Assembly (NCBI GenBank): GCA_963843845.1
Contig: CAWJMB010000002.1
Span: 1,696,001-1,760,000 of the forward strand
Direction: 5' to 3'
DNA: 64,000 bases
Source: an uncultured Gemmatimonadaceae bacterium
GTDB taxonomy: Bacteria; Gemmatimonadota; Gemmatimonadetes; Gemmatimonadales; Gemmatimonadaceae
Shown: positions 30,118 through 39,643 of the stretch, piece after piece
How the letters are laid out: every line of letters begins with the position of its first letter
How positions within the stretch are numbered: position 1 is the stretch's first letter
Translations under genes and position numbers: made by a program
Notes under the pieces: generated by a model
What the model was told of the DNA's origin: nothing
The model's database searches: none
Seen by the model: only the letters and a program-made list of their open reading frames with translations

Positions 30118-31376
30118 AGCGGACGTGGATCGCGTTGGGCACGACGCTCGTCTTGAGCGCGCGCACGATGAGCGCGCAGATGCTGCTCGTGCCGATGGAC
30201 GACGGGCAGCAGAACCATCTCAAGGCCTACGGCCTCGTCTACAACGCGCTCAAGGACGGGCAGAAGGCCGAGTGGCTGCTGAACTACCGCGGCGGGGCGT
30301 TCTTCCTCCCGGACCTGTCGGAGGTACGGCGTCGCGCCGCGCTCGCCGGCGTGACGATCGAGCCGGAGACCGCCGCGGCGATCGACGGCATCCGCCGCGA
30401 GCTGGCGTCGGGGAACATGGACGCCGTGCCACTGGAGAAGGCGCCGAAGGTCGCCATCTACACGCCCCCCAACTCGCCCCCGTGGGACGACGCGGTGACG
30501 CTCGCGCTGCGCTACGCGGGCATCGAGTTCGAGAAGATCTGGGACGACCAGGTGCTCAACGGCGACCTGTCGAAGTACGACTGGGTGCACCTGTTCCACG
30601 AGGACTTCACCGGCCAGCAGAACAAGCTGTACCTCGGCTACCGCGACGCACCGTGGTACGTGGAGCAGCGGCAGCGCGCGCTCGCCACGGCCCAACAGTT
30701 CTCGATCGCCGGCGGCGTGCCGGGGGTGAAGAAGGCGGTCGCCGATCGGATCCGTCAGTACGTCGAGAATGGCGGCTTTCTCTTCGCGATGTGCGGCGCG
30801 ACCGAGTCGCTCGATCTCGCCGATCGCGGGACGCGACGTGGATTTCGCGGGGCCGCAGGTCGACGGCACGCCCCCCGACCCGGACGCCGACCGCAAGTTC
30901 GCGTGGGCACGATCGTTCGCGTTCAAGGGCGCGCACGTCGAGGGGCCGTTCGTGAACGCGTTGAGCGACATCGACGGACATCAGGTGAACGTCCCCGGCC
31001 GGCGCCAGCCGTTAGGCGCCTTCACGCTGTTCGGCTTCGCCGCGAAGTTCGATCCGGTGGCCACGATGCTCGTGCAGAACCACCGCGCCGTCATCGCCGA
31101 CTATTACGGCGTCACGACGTCGTTCAACAAGGCGACGTTGAAGCCCGGCGTGACGGTGCTGGCGACCGAAGAGGGCGCGCCATGGGTCAAGTACATCCAT
31201 GGTGACTCGGCAAGGGCTCCTGGACGTTCCTCGGCGGTCACGACCCCGAGGACCCGCAGCATGCGATCGGCAACGCGCCCACCGACCTCTCGCTCCACCC
31301 GACGTCTCCGGGATACCGGCTGATTCTGAACAACGTGCTGTTTCCCGCCGCGAAGAAGAAACCGTTGAAGACCTGA
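30114..31376 (+). CDS. Conserved exported protein with GATase-like fold (family often labelled 'asparagine synthetase B'; frameshifted)
   Basis: LLVPMDDGQQNHLKAYG, PWDDAVTLAL, YDWVHLFHEDFTGQ, GGFLFAMC, GGHDPED, GYRLILNNVLFPAA. Confidence 0.75.
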
Positions 31377-31382
31377 AAGCGC

Positions 31383-31426
31383 CGGGGATCGCGGTGAGGC
31401 GGGTAGTCGTCACATCCCCGATCCCC
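31383..31426. repeat. Intergenic hairpin with GGGGATC/GATCCCC heptamers
   Basis: cggggatcgcggtga ... tcacatccccgatccccg. Confidence 0.65.
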
Positions 31427-31455
31427 GTCTCGTGTTCGGTGTATCTTTGGAGGCC

Positions 31456-34071
31456 ATGCCTCCTGCCCGCGCCACCCTCCCTGTCTCGACCGACGGCCGC
31501 CTCACGCGTCAGGCGGCGGCAGCGATCCGGGCAGCGATCCGGCTCGCGGGGGGACGGGAGGTGTGCTTCGCGTGTCAGCTCGACGACGCCGGCGTCGTGT
31601 CGAGCGCGCGCGTCGTGTCGCGCGGAGACGTCCGAAGTGTGCTGGCGCTCCCCGGGTTCGCCGAGCGCGGCGAGATGCTCGTTCACAACCATCCGTCGGG
31701 CTTGCTGGAGCCGTCGCACGCGGATCTCGACGTCGCGTCGCGCGTGTTCGGCAACGGCGTCGGATTCGGCATCGTCGACAACGACGCGACGGAGCTGTAC
31801 GTCGTCGTCGAAGTGCCGCCGGCCAAGGCGACGCTCGATGTCGACCCGGCTGACGTCGACGCGACGTTGGGCCCTGACGGCCCGATCGCGCGCCGCATGC
31901 GCCGCTACGAAGACCGGCCGAGTCAGCGCACGATGGCGACGGAGATCACCCGGCTCTACAACGACGGCGGCGTCGGACTCCTCGAGGCGGGGACCGGCGT
32001 CGGCAAGTCGTTGGGCTACCTCGTACCGGCATTGCGGTGGGCCGCGGCGAACGGCGAGCGAACGATCGTGTCCACGAACACGATCAACCTGCAGGAGCAG
32101 CTCGTCGGCAAGGATCTCCCCTTTCTCGCCGAGTCGCTGACCGATCAGGAGGTGCGGTTCGCGCTGCTGAAAGGGTGGCGCAATTACCTCTGCCTCACGC
32201 GACTCGACAACGCGGTCGCGGGCGGCGCGGCGCTGTTCGAGCCCGGGATGCAGCAGGAGCTCGCCGCGCTCGAGGCGTGGGCGGAGCGCACCGGCGACGG
32301 GTCGGTGAGCGATCTGCCGACGCCGCCGCGCCCCGACCTGTGGGACGAGGTCTCGGCGGAGCCGGACCTCTGCCAGCGGATGAAATGCCCGCGTTTCGAC
32401 GACTGCTTTCTGTTCAAGGCTCGGCGCGAGGCCGCGCAGGCGGACGTGATCGTCGTGAATCATCACCTGCTGATGTCGGACGTCGCGGTGCGCCGTGCAC
32501 AGCAGAACTGGGACGACGCGGCGGTCCTGCCGGCCTACAAGCGCCTCGTCGTCGACGAAGGACATCACCTGGAAGACGCTGCGGCCGCGCACCTCGGCGC
32601 GTCGGTCACGCGGCGCGGGTTGCAGCGGCTGTTTTCGCGGCTCGACCGCCGCGGCAAGGGATTGTTGGGCGCGCTCGTCGCGAAGCTCGCCGAGAAGTCC
32701 GACTTGCTCAGCACCGCGAGCCTGGATCTCGTCGAGACGCGCCTGACGCCGATGACGCACACGTCGCGCGAGAAAGCCGATCTGCTCTTCGATCTGCTCC
32801 AGACATATCTCGACGGAACCGGCCAGCCGGTCGTGCGGTTGACGGACGACTTCGCGAGCGACCCCGTGTGGGAGGCGGGCCTCCGCGCGGCGCTCGACGA
32901 TCTGCTCTCCAACATCGAGCTGATGCACGAGGGGCTGCGTCTCGTCCGCGAGCGGCTCGAGACCGACGAGCGCCGGCTCGAGGCGCTCGCGCCGCTGCTG
33001 AGCGAAGTGCGCGCGGTGACCAAGCGCCTGCAGGGCGCCGGCGACGGCCTCGGGCGCGCACTCCGCCCGCCACACGGCTCGCCGCCGAGCGTTCGGTGGA
33101 TCGAAGTGCGGGGCAAGGAACGGAACGTCGTCGTCACGTCCGTCCCGCTGGATCTCGCGCCGATTCTGCGCGACGACCTGTTCAAGCGCGTGAAGACGGC
33201 GGTGGTCACGAGTGCGACGTTGGCGACGAGGCCGAGCGGCGGGACCGTGGGGAATGGAACGCGCCGCGCGACGACGGTCGGAGAACCAGGTTCCGAGTCC
33301 CGAGCCTCGGACGTCGAGTCGTTCCGCTTCCTCGCCGAACGACTCGGCCTCACCGCCCCCGACTTCGATCCGGCCACGGCGATCCTTCCGTCGCCGTTCG
33401 CGTATCGCCAGCAGGCGTTGCTCGTCGTGCCGTCCGACACGCCCGCGCCGAACGTCGCGCCCGCCGAGCACTTCCTGCACGTCGTGCGGCAGACGCTCGA
33501 CGTCGCGACGGCGTCGGACGGCGGGATGTTCGTGCTGTTCACGAGCCATCGGGAGCTGCTGCGCGCCGCAGCCGAGCTTCGCGCGCGGGGCGCCGACCGC
33601 CGATGGCCGCTGCTCGTGCACGGCGAGGACACGCGCGACGCGCTCCTGCGGCGGTTTCGCGAGAGCGGGCGCGCGGTGCTGTTGGGAACGGCGTCGTTCT
33701 GGGAAGGAGTCGACGTCCCTGGAGACGCGCTGCGTGCGCTGCTCATCGCGAAGCTGCCGTTCCGCGTGCCGAGCGAGCCGGTGACCGCGGCGCAGTGCGA
33801 GGCGATCGAGGCGCGTGGGGGCGACAGCTTCAGAGAGTACATGCTGCCGCACGCGTCGCTGCGCCTGAAGCAGGGGTTCGGGCGACTGATCCGTACGGCG
33901 GTGGATCGCGGGGTCGTCGTGCTGTCAGACGCTCGGCTCGTGACGAAGGGATACGGGCGCGAGCTGCTCGACGCGCTGCCGCCGGCCCGCCGCGTCATCG
34001 CGCCGTGGGCGCGGGCGCGCGCCGACGTCGAGGCCTTCTACGCGGCGCGCGGACGTGAGGTCGAGCTCTGA
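31456..34071 (+). CDS. dinG: DinG/YoaA-family Fe-S helicase with N-terminal JAB (RadC-like) domain
   Basis: HNHPSGLLEPSHAD (JAB); EAGTGVGKS; NYLC...CQRMKC..DDC (Fe-S); DEGHH; SATL; FWEGVDVPG; QGFGRLIR. Confidence 0.9.
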   Translation: MPPARATLPVSTDGRLTRQAAAAIRAAIRLAGGREVCFACQLDDAGVVSSARVVSRGDVRSVLALPGFAERGEMLVHNHPSGLLEPSHADLDVASRVFGNGVGFGIVDNDATELYVVVEVPPAKATLDVDPADVDATLGPDGPIARRMRRYEDRPSQRTMATEITRLYNDGGVGLLEAGTGVGKSLGYLVPALRWAAANGERTIVSTNTINLQEQLVGKDLPFLAESLTDQEVRFALLKGWRNYLCLTRLDNAVAGGAALFEPGMQQELAALEAWAERTGDGSVSDLPTPPRPDLWDEVSAEPDLCQRMKCPRFDDCFLFKARREAAQADVIVVNHHLLMSDVAVRRAQQNWDDAAVLPAYKRLVVDEGHHLEDAAAAHLGASVTRRGLQRLFSRLDRRGKGLLGALVAKLAEKSDLLSTASLDLVETRLTPMTHTSREKADLLFDLLQTYLDGTGQPVVRLTDDFASDPVWEAGLRAALDDLLSNIELMHEGLRLVRERLETDERRLEALAPLLSEVRAVTKRLQGAGDGLGRALRPPHGSPPSVRWIEVRGKERNVVVTSVPLDLAPILRDDLFKRVKTAVVTSATLATRPSGGTVGNGTRRATTVGEPGSESRASDVESFRFLAERLGLTAPDFDPATAILPSPFAYRQQALLVVPSDTPAPNVAPAEHFLHVVRQTLDVATASDGGMFVLFTSHRELLRAAAELRARGADRRWPLLVHGEDTRDALLRRFRESGRAVLLGTASFWEGVDVPGDALRALLIAKLPFRVPSEPVTAAQCEAIEARGGDSFREYMLPHASLRLKQGFGRLIRTAVDRGVVVLSDARLVTKGYGRELLDALPPARRVIAPWARARADVEAFYAARGREVEL

Positions 34072-34222
34072 TGCGCCGCGCGGTCGGCGCGACGGGTGGT
34101 GGCGGATGGAGCTGAGCCGCGGGTCGGGGCAGCCCGCGAGTGCGGTGTCGAACGTGGGAGCGCGGACCCTCGTGTAGATTCCGAGGTCTGCATTCCACAC
34201 CCCGTCTCGAACCCGTCCGCTC

Positions 34223-34834
34223 GTGTCCCGTCCCGGAAAGATCGTCTGCGTGGGCCGCAATTACGTCGCGCACGCGAAGGAGCTCGGCAACGACGTACCG
34301 ACGTACCCGCTGATCTTTCTCAAGCCGTCCACGTCGGTCATCGCGGCCGGCGACAGGATCGTGCTGCCGCCCGAGAGCGAGCAGGTGGAGTTCGAGGGGG
34401 AGATCGGTGTCGTCGTGGGGACCACGTTGCGCCACGCGAGCGAAGACGAGGCCGTCGCCGGGATCCGCGCCGTCGTCGCGCTGAACGACGTGACGGCGCG
34501 CGATCTCCAGAAGTCCGACGGGCAGTGGACGCGCGCGAAGGGGTTCGACACGTTCTGCGCGATCGGGCCGGAGGCACCGCCGCCGGCCGATCTGAGCGCG
34601 ATCGAGGTCGTCACGCGGGTGAACGGCGTCGAGAAGCAGCGCGGGACGGCGTCGGAGATGGTATTCTCCATTCCGATGCAGCTCGCGTACATCTCGCGCA
34701 TCATGACGCTCGAGCCGGGCGACGTGATCGCGACCGGAACGCCGGCCGGCGTCGGTCCGCTGGCGCCGGGCGACGAGGTGGAGGTCGAGCTGATCGGACT
34801 CAGTACGGTTCGGAATCCTGTCGCGGCGGCGTGA
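34223..34834 (+). CDS. Fumarylacetoacetate hydrolase family protein
   Basis: KIVCVGRNYVAHAKE, FEGEIG, NDVTARDLQ, KGFDTFC, PGDVIATGTPAGVG. Confidence 0.93.
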   Translation: MSRPGKIVCVGRNYVAHAKELGNDVPTYPLIFLKPSTSVIAAGDRIVLPPESEQVEFEGEIGVVVGTTLRHASEDEAVAGIRAVVALNDVTARDLQKSDGQWTRAKGFDTFCAIGPEAPPPADLSAIEVVTRVNGVEKQRGTASEMVFSIPMQLAYISRIMTLEPGDVIATGTPAGVGPLAPGDEVEVELIGLSTVRNPVAAA

Positions 34835-34898
34835 CGCCGGCGCCCGTCCATCGCATCGCGTAGCGGAACATCGCGCGACCAGAGGGTACTCTCCGCTC

Positions 34899-35810
34899 AT
34901 GCTGACGCTCTCGCGCCGACCGAAGGGCTCTGATGCGCCGCGCCGCTCGCGCGGAGCCCTCGCGGTGTCGATTGCCGTCAACGCGCTCGTCGTCGCCGTG
35001 TTCGTCGATGCGGTGAATCAGGGACTGCGCTGGCGCGATCTGCTGCCGTTCGACAGGGCATCGGCGGTGACGGAGCGCGTCCGGTTCGTGCAGCCCGTCC
35101 CGCCGCAGGCCGCTGCGACGCCGGTCGCTGGCCGCAGCGGCGGTGACGGACGTCCCGTCTCCGAACGGTCCACCCCGTCGCGTCCACGGCCGGTCGCCCC
35201 GACGACCGTTCCCGAGGCGATCGCACCGGCCGACCCGAAGGCCGCTCCGACCGACGGTGGCGGCAGCGGCCCGGTCGTCGGCACGGGCGGCGCGACGGTC
35301 GGCATCCAACCGTCGTACGGCGACTCCCGGCTCTGGGGGCGGCCGACGGTGCAGGGGCCGCGGAACGCGCGCGAGCGGATGGACAGCGTCATCGCCGATA
35401 CGTTCGGCCCCGTGCGTGATTCGATCCTCGCCGAGCGCGAGGCGCTTGCGGGGCAGCGAAAGCCAGGCGACTGGACCGTGAAGGGCCCAGGCGGCAAGTG
35501 GGGGATCGACCAGCAGTCGATCCACCTGGGGAAGATCTCGATCCCGAACGCGATTCTCGCCCTGCTATCCGAGAACGTTCAGCAGAACTTGCGCGGCAAT
35601 CCGACCCAGGCCATCGAGGACCGTCGGATGGGTCTGATCCGGGCCGACCTGTTGCAGCACGCGCAGCGCGAGCAGAACGAGGACATGTTCCGCAGCTCCG
35701 TCAAGGAGATCCGCGCGCGGAAGGACCGGGAGCGCGCCGTGCGGCTCGCCGAGCAGCGTCCGCTCGTCGCCGATCCTGACAAGAACCAGGATCGGAACCG
35801 CGACGACTGA
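34899..35810 (+). CDS. Membrane-anchored protein with TonB-like anchor and Pro-rich linker
   Basis: ALAVSIAVNALVVAVFV, Pro/Thr-rich spacer, unrecognised C-terminal domain. Confidence 0.7.
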   Translation: MLTLSRRPKGSDAPRRSRGALAVSIAVNALVVAVFVDAVNQGLRWRDLLPFDRASAVTERVRFVQPVPPQAAATPVAGRSGGDGRPVSERSTPSRPRPVAPTTVPEAIAPADPKAAPTDGGGSGPVVGTGGATVGIQPSYGDSRLWGRPTVQGPRNARERMDSVIADTFGPVRDSILAEREALAGQRKPGDWTVKGPGGKWGIDQQSIHLGKISIPNAILALLSENVQQNLRGNPTQAIEDRRMGLIRADLLQHAQREQNEDMFRSSVKEIRARKDRERAVRLAEQRPLVADPDKNQDRNRDD

Positions 35811-35827
35811 GACGGCCGCCGCGCCCG

Positions 35828-36454
35828 CTACTCGGCGATCGCGCCGTCCAGCGTCGGGCGTGCGGCCGTCGCGCGGAGAACGCCGGTCACGGTTCCGAGC
35901 ACGGCGAACGCGGCGGCCATGGGGTCACCGTCCCGGCTGACGTCCGGTATCGCCGCGAGTGCTCCGGTCGCCGCCTCGACCGAGGCGAAGGTGCGAACCG
36001 ACGTCTCCGCGCCGAGCTGCACGGCGACGAGATCCTCGCTGCCTGGTGCCACGGACGGCGACACCACGACGTGGTCGCCCGCGAGAACGCCGAGCGACCG
36101 GAGTGAATCGCCGGCGACCCGGAGCACGAATGCGTCGTCCCCGCCGATGAAGCGCCGGTCGACGGCGATCTGGCCGGTCGGTGCTCCGCTCGCGGCGTGG
36201 TCGTAGCTGCGCAGCGTCCGCATCTCCGCCGGTCCGTTGTACCCGACGATCCGCACCCCGCGCGAGCGCGACGGGTCACGCTGGATGAATCCTTTCTCCG
36301 ACAGCGAGTGGAGTAGATCCGACACGGTCTTCGTCGACTTGATCCGGAACTTCCGCCCGATCTCGCGGATGCTCGGCTGATACGTATTCTCGGCGAGAAA
36401 GTCGATCAGGTAGTGATAGACTTTTCGCTCGATCGGAGACAGTGGCTCCGTCAT
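35828..36454 (-). CDS. lexA: LexA-like repressor with degenerate peptidase domain
   Basis: LSPIERKVYHYL...YQPSIREIGRKFRIKSTKTV...LSEKGFIQRDPSRSRGV (LexA wHTH); FVLRVAGDSL; TSVRTF. Confidence 0.85.
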   Translation of the reverse strand: MTEPLSPIERKVYHYLIDFLAENTYQPSIREIGRKFRIKSTKTVSDLLHSLSEKGFIQRDPSRSRGVRIVGYNGPAEMRTLRSYDHAASGAPTGQIAVDRRFIGGDDAFVLRVAGDSLRSLGVLAGDHVVVSPSVAPGSEDLVAVQLGAETSVRTFASVEAATGALAAIPDVSRDGDPMAAAFAVLGTVTGVLRATAARPTLDGAIAE

Positions 36455-36520
36455 GGGAGGCTCGGCGGGGGGGCGGCGGCCGGAAGCCAAGGTGTTCTGC
36501 CGGCGACAAGGACTCGCGCC

Positions 36521-36549
36521 AAAATAGGATTGCCCGGAGAAGTGGTCAA
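36521..36549 (-). promoter_or_regulatory. Sigma70-type promoter of the lexA-like gene
   Basis: TTGACC-N17-TATTTT. Confidence 0.65.
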
Positions 36550-36572
36550 CGGAAATGTCGGGTGAGTGCGGG

Positions 36573-38051
36573 TCACTCGCCGGAGCGATCCGCGAGGTGC
36601 AGCAGGGCGGCATCCAGTCGGCCGATCGCTCGGTCGCGGCCCAGCAGATCGAGCACCTCGAACATCCCGGGGCTGGCCGCGCTGCCGACGAGGGCGACGC
36701 GGAGTGGCTGGAAGACTTTCCCGGCACCGACGCCGCGCCGCTCGGCGATCCCGCGCAGCGCCGCATCCATCGGCTCCGCCGCCCACTCGCTCAGCGCGGC
36801 GAGCGTGTGACGAGTCTCACGCAGGAGGTCAGCCGTGCCCTGCGGATCGCGCATCCAGTGCTTCGCGACGGCGTCGTCGTCGTACGCGACGGTGTCTCCG
36901 AAGTACGGCGGTGCCTGGCGTGCGAGGTCGTCGAGTGTGCGGCTGCGAACGCGGAGCTGTTCGACGAGCGTTCCGTACCATTCCGGGCGCGCCGCGACGT
37001 CGGCGGCCGTGGTGAGCCCGGCCGCGACGAGCGTCGGCGTGACGCGATCGACGACCTCGTCGAGCGGGAGGAGCAGCAGGTGCTGCCCGTTCATCCACTC
37101 GAGTTTCTTGACGTCGAAGACGGCCGCCTTCTTCTGCAGGCCGCCGCCGCCGAAGAGCTGGACCATCTCGGGGAGCGTCATGATCTCGCGATCCCCACCG
37201 GGGGACCAGCCGAGCAGCGCGAGGAAGTTCAGCATCGCCTCGGGAAGAATGCCGAGGTGCTGGTAGTCGCCGACCGCCGTGGCGCCGTGGCGCTTGCTGA
37301 GCTTCTTCCCGTCCGGCCCGTGGATCATGGGCAGGTGCGCGAACGTCGGGAGCGAGGCGCCTAACGCCTCGTAGATCATGATCTGCTTCGGCGTGTTCGA
37401 GATGTGGTCGTCCCCGCGCATGACGAGCGTCACCGCCGCCGAGATGTCGTCCGACACGACCGCCATGTTGTAGATCGGCGTCGCGTCCGAGCGGAGGACG
37501 ACGAAGTCCTCGATGTCGCGGTTCGGGAAGGTGATGCGGCCGTGCACCATGTCGTCCCACGAGGTCGCGCCGTCGGGCACGCGAAAGCGGATCACGAAGG
37601 GCACCCCTGCGTCGACCCGACGCACGACCTCGTCGCGCGGAAGTCGGTCGCAGCGTCGGTCATACTTGAACGCATCGCCTGCGCCCTCCGCCGCCGCGCG
37701 TCGCTCGTCGAGCTCGGCCTGGGTGCAGAAACAGCGATAGGCGGCGTCTCGCTCCAGCAGCGTGCGCGCGTCCGCCCGATGGCGCTCCACGTTCGCGCCC
37801 TGGAATACGACCTCGCCGTCCCATCGCAGTCCGAGCCAACCGAGTCCGTCGAAGATCGCGCGAGTGCTCGCCTCGGTGCTGCGTGCGCGATCGGTGTCCT
37901 CGATGCGCAGCAGGAACTCGCCGCCGGTGTGGCGCGCGTAGAGCCAGTTGAACAACGCGGTGCGCGCCCCGCCGACGTGGAGATAGCCGGTCGGCGACGG
38001 GGCGAAACGAAGCCGCGGCGGGCGTTGGGCGGGAGACGCGTCGATCGGCAT
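36573..38051 (-). CDS. gltX: Glutamate--tRNA ligase
   Basis: RFAPSPTGYLHVGG, RIEDTD, KLSKRHG. Confidence 0.97.
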   Translation of the reverse strand: MPIDASPAQRPPRLRFAPSPTGYLHVGGARTALFNWLYARHTGGEFLLRIEDTDRARSTEASTRAIFDGLGWLGLRWDGEVVFQGANVERHRADARTLLERDAAYRCFCTQAELDERRAAAEGAGDAFKYDRRCDRLPRDEVVRRVDAGVPFVIRFRVPDGATSWDDMVHGRITFPNRDIEDFVVLRSDATPIYNMAVVSDDISAAVTLVMRGDDHISNTPKQIMIYEALGASLPTFAHLPMIHGPDGKKLSKRHGATAVGDYQHLGILPEAMLNFLALLGWSPGGDREIMTLPEMVQLFGGGGLQKKAAVFDVKKLEWMNGQHLLLLPLDEVVDRVTPTLVAAGLTTAADVAARPEWYGTLVEQLRVRSRTLDDLARQAPPYFGDTVAYDDDAVAKHWMRDPQGTADLLRETRHTLAALSEWAAEPMDAALRGIAERRGVGAGKVFQPLRVALVGSAASPGMFEVLDLLGRDRAIGRLDAALLHLADRSGE

Positions 38052-38488
38052 GCGCGCGAGCGAAAATAAAGTGGCGCGGGGCCGTCGGCTGTGGCGGCGA
38101 TCCCGCGCGTCGGGGAGAGAGCGACCTGCTCGGAAGTGGTCCGCGGACTCCCGTCCTCGTCGCGGGGCGAACACGGCTCAGGAGGCGAAGGCTAGCGGAA
38201 CGGCCCCTCGACGACCACGGGTGCGCCACGACGCGTCGCCTCGATTTCGCGGTGAGGGGAATGATACACGATGAGCGGGCGCCGTTCGTCGGCGAGTCCG
38301 ACGGCTCTTGCAACGATGTCGGGCGCGCGAAATCTTGGTGGGACGGCTCGCTGCGACAGCGGCGCGCGGTTCAGCGCTGAGCGACGCCGTGCCCGTTGCA
38401 CTGGAATCCACCGACCAGACGACCTCGCGTGCTTTCGACGGGGAAGCGACGACACTGGCTCGACCCCCGTGCGCTGTCCGGGGGGACA

Positions 38489-39594
38489 GTGAGGCCGCTC
38501 CGCCTGCTGTTCGTCGGAACGAACCGCGGGGGCGGGGGGATCGAGAGCCACTTCGTAACCCTGGCCCGCGCGATGGCCAGCGCGGGGCACGAGGTAGCCG
38601 CCGTCGTCTGGCCGGACGACGTCATACACCAGGCGCTCGCCGCCGACGGGCGAATCCGCCTCTTCGCGGCGCGATTCCGCGCGCGGAACGATGTACGCGG
38701 TACGCTCGACGTCGCGCGCGCCGTGCGGGCGGCGCGTCCCGAATGGCTCGTGGGGTCGTTCAAGCGCGAGTACTGGCCCGTGGCGACTGTGTCGTGCCTC
38801 ACCCGCGTGCCCGCGGTCGTGTTCGCGCACCTCGACCAGCGGATGAATCCGGTCATGGCGCGCGGCCTTCCGCGAGTCGTGCATCGCATCGTCGCACCTT
38901 CGATGTTTCTCCGCGAACGGCTCGTGGCGCGTGGCGTGCCCGCAGCCCGAGTCGCGGTCCTCCCCAACCCGATCGACACCGCACACCTGCGGATCACCGC
39001 CGAGGCACGGCTCGCCGCGCGGGCCCGATTGGGTTTCGCGCCGACGACGTGGTCGTGGGATTCGTCGGCCGGGTGGAGCCCGACAAAGGAGCCGACGTCC
39101 TGGACCGCGCGCTGGCCGACGCGATGGCGCAGGAGCCCCGGATACGTGCGCTCTGGGTCGGCGGCGGCGTCATGGCTGCGTCGCTCGCGGAGCGACGGGC
39201 CGGAACTCCGCTCGAGGGGCGGCATGTATCTCGGCCGTGGTGCGCCGACGTGCGGCCGTACTACGCCGCGCTCGACGTCCTCGCGCTGCCATCGACGAGA
39301 GCTGAAACGTTCGGCCGCGTCCTCGCTGAAGCGCAGGCGTGCGAGGTGCCGGTCCTGGGTAGCCGGTTGGGCGGGATACCCGAGGCGTTCGAGGACGGGG
39401 TCACGGGGCGGCTCGTTCCCTCCGGGGACACATCGGCGTGGGCGTCGGCTGTGCTCGCCCTCGTCCGCGACGATGCGGTGCGACGGCGCATGGGACGCGC
39501 CGGGCGCGCATTCGTCGAGGCGCGCTTCGCGTCGCCGCGCGTAGCGCGGGCGTTCGCCGAACTGTTGCGAGCGCGCGTCGGCGCCGGCGTCTAG
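38489..39594 (+). CDS. Glycosyltransferase family 4 (one frameshift near 39040)
   Basis: GGGIESHF, VLPNPID, GFVGRVEPDKG, ETFGRVLAEAQAC..PV, GGIPE. Confidence 0.88.
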
Positions 39595-39643
39595 CTCCGT
39601 GACGGCTCCGCGCGGAGCCGCCGCGGCGGTGAGCGCCTGACCG

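Noticed and set aside
31432..36497. Shared SOS box (GTGTTC) upstream of dinG and in the lexA leader
   Set aside because: Only single half-sites with no consistent palindrome or direct repeat.
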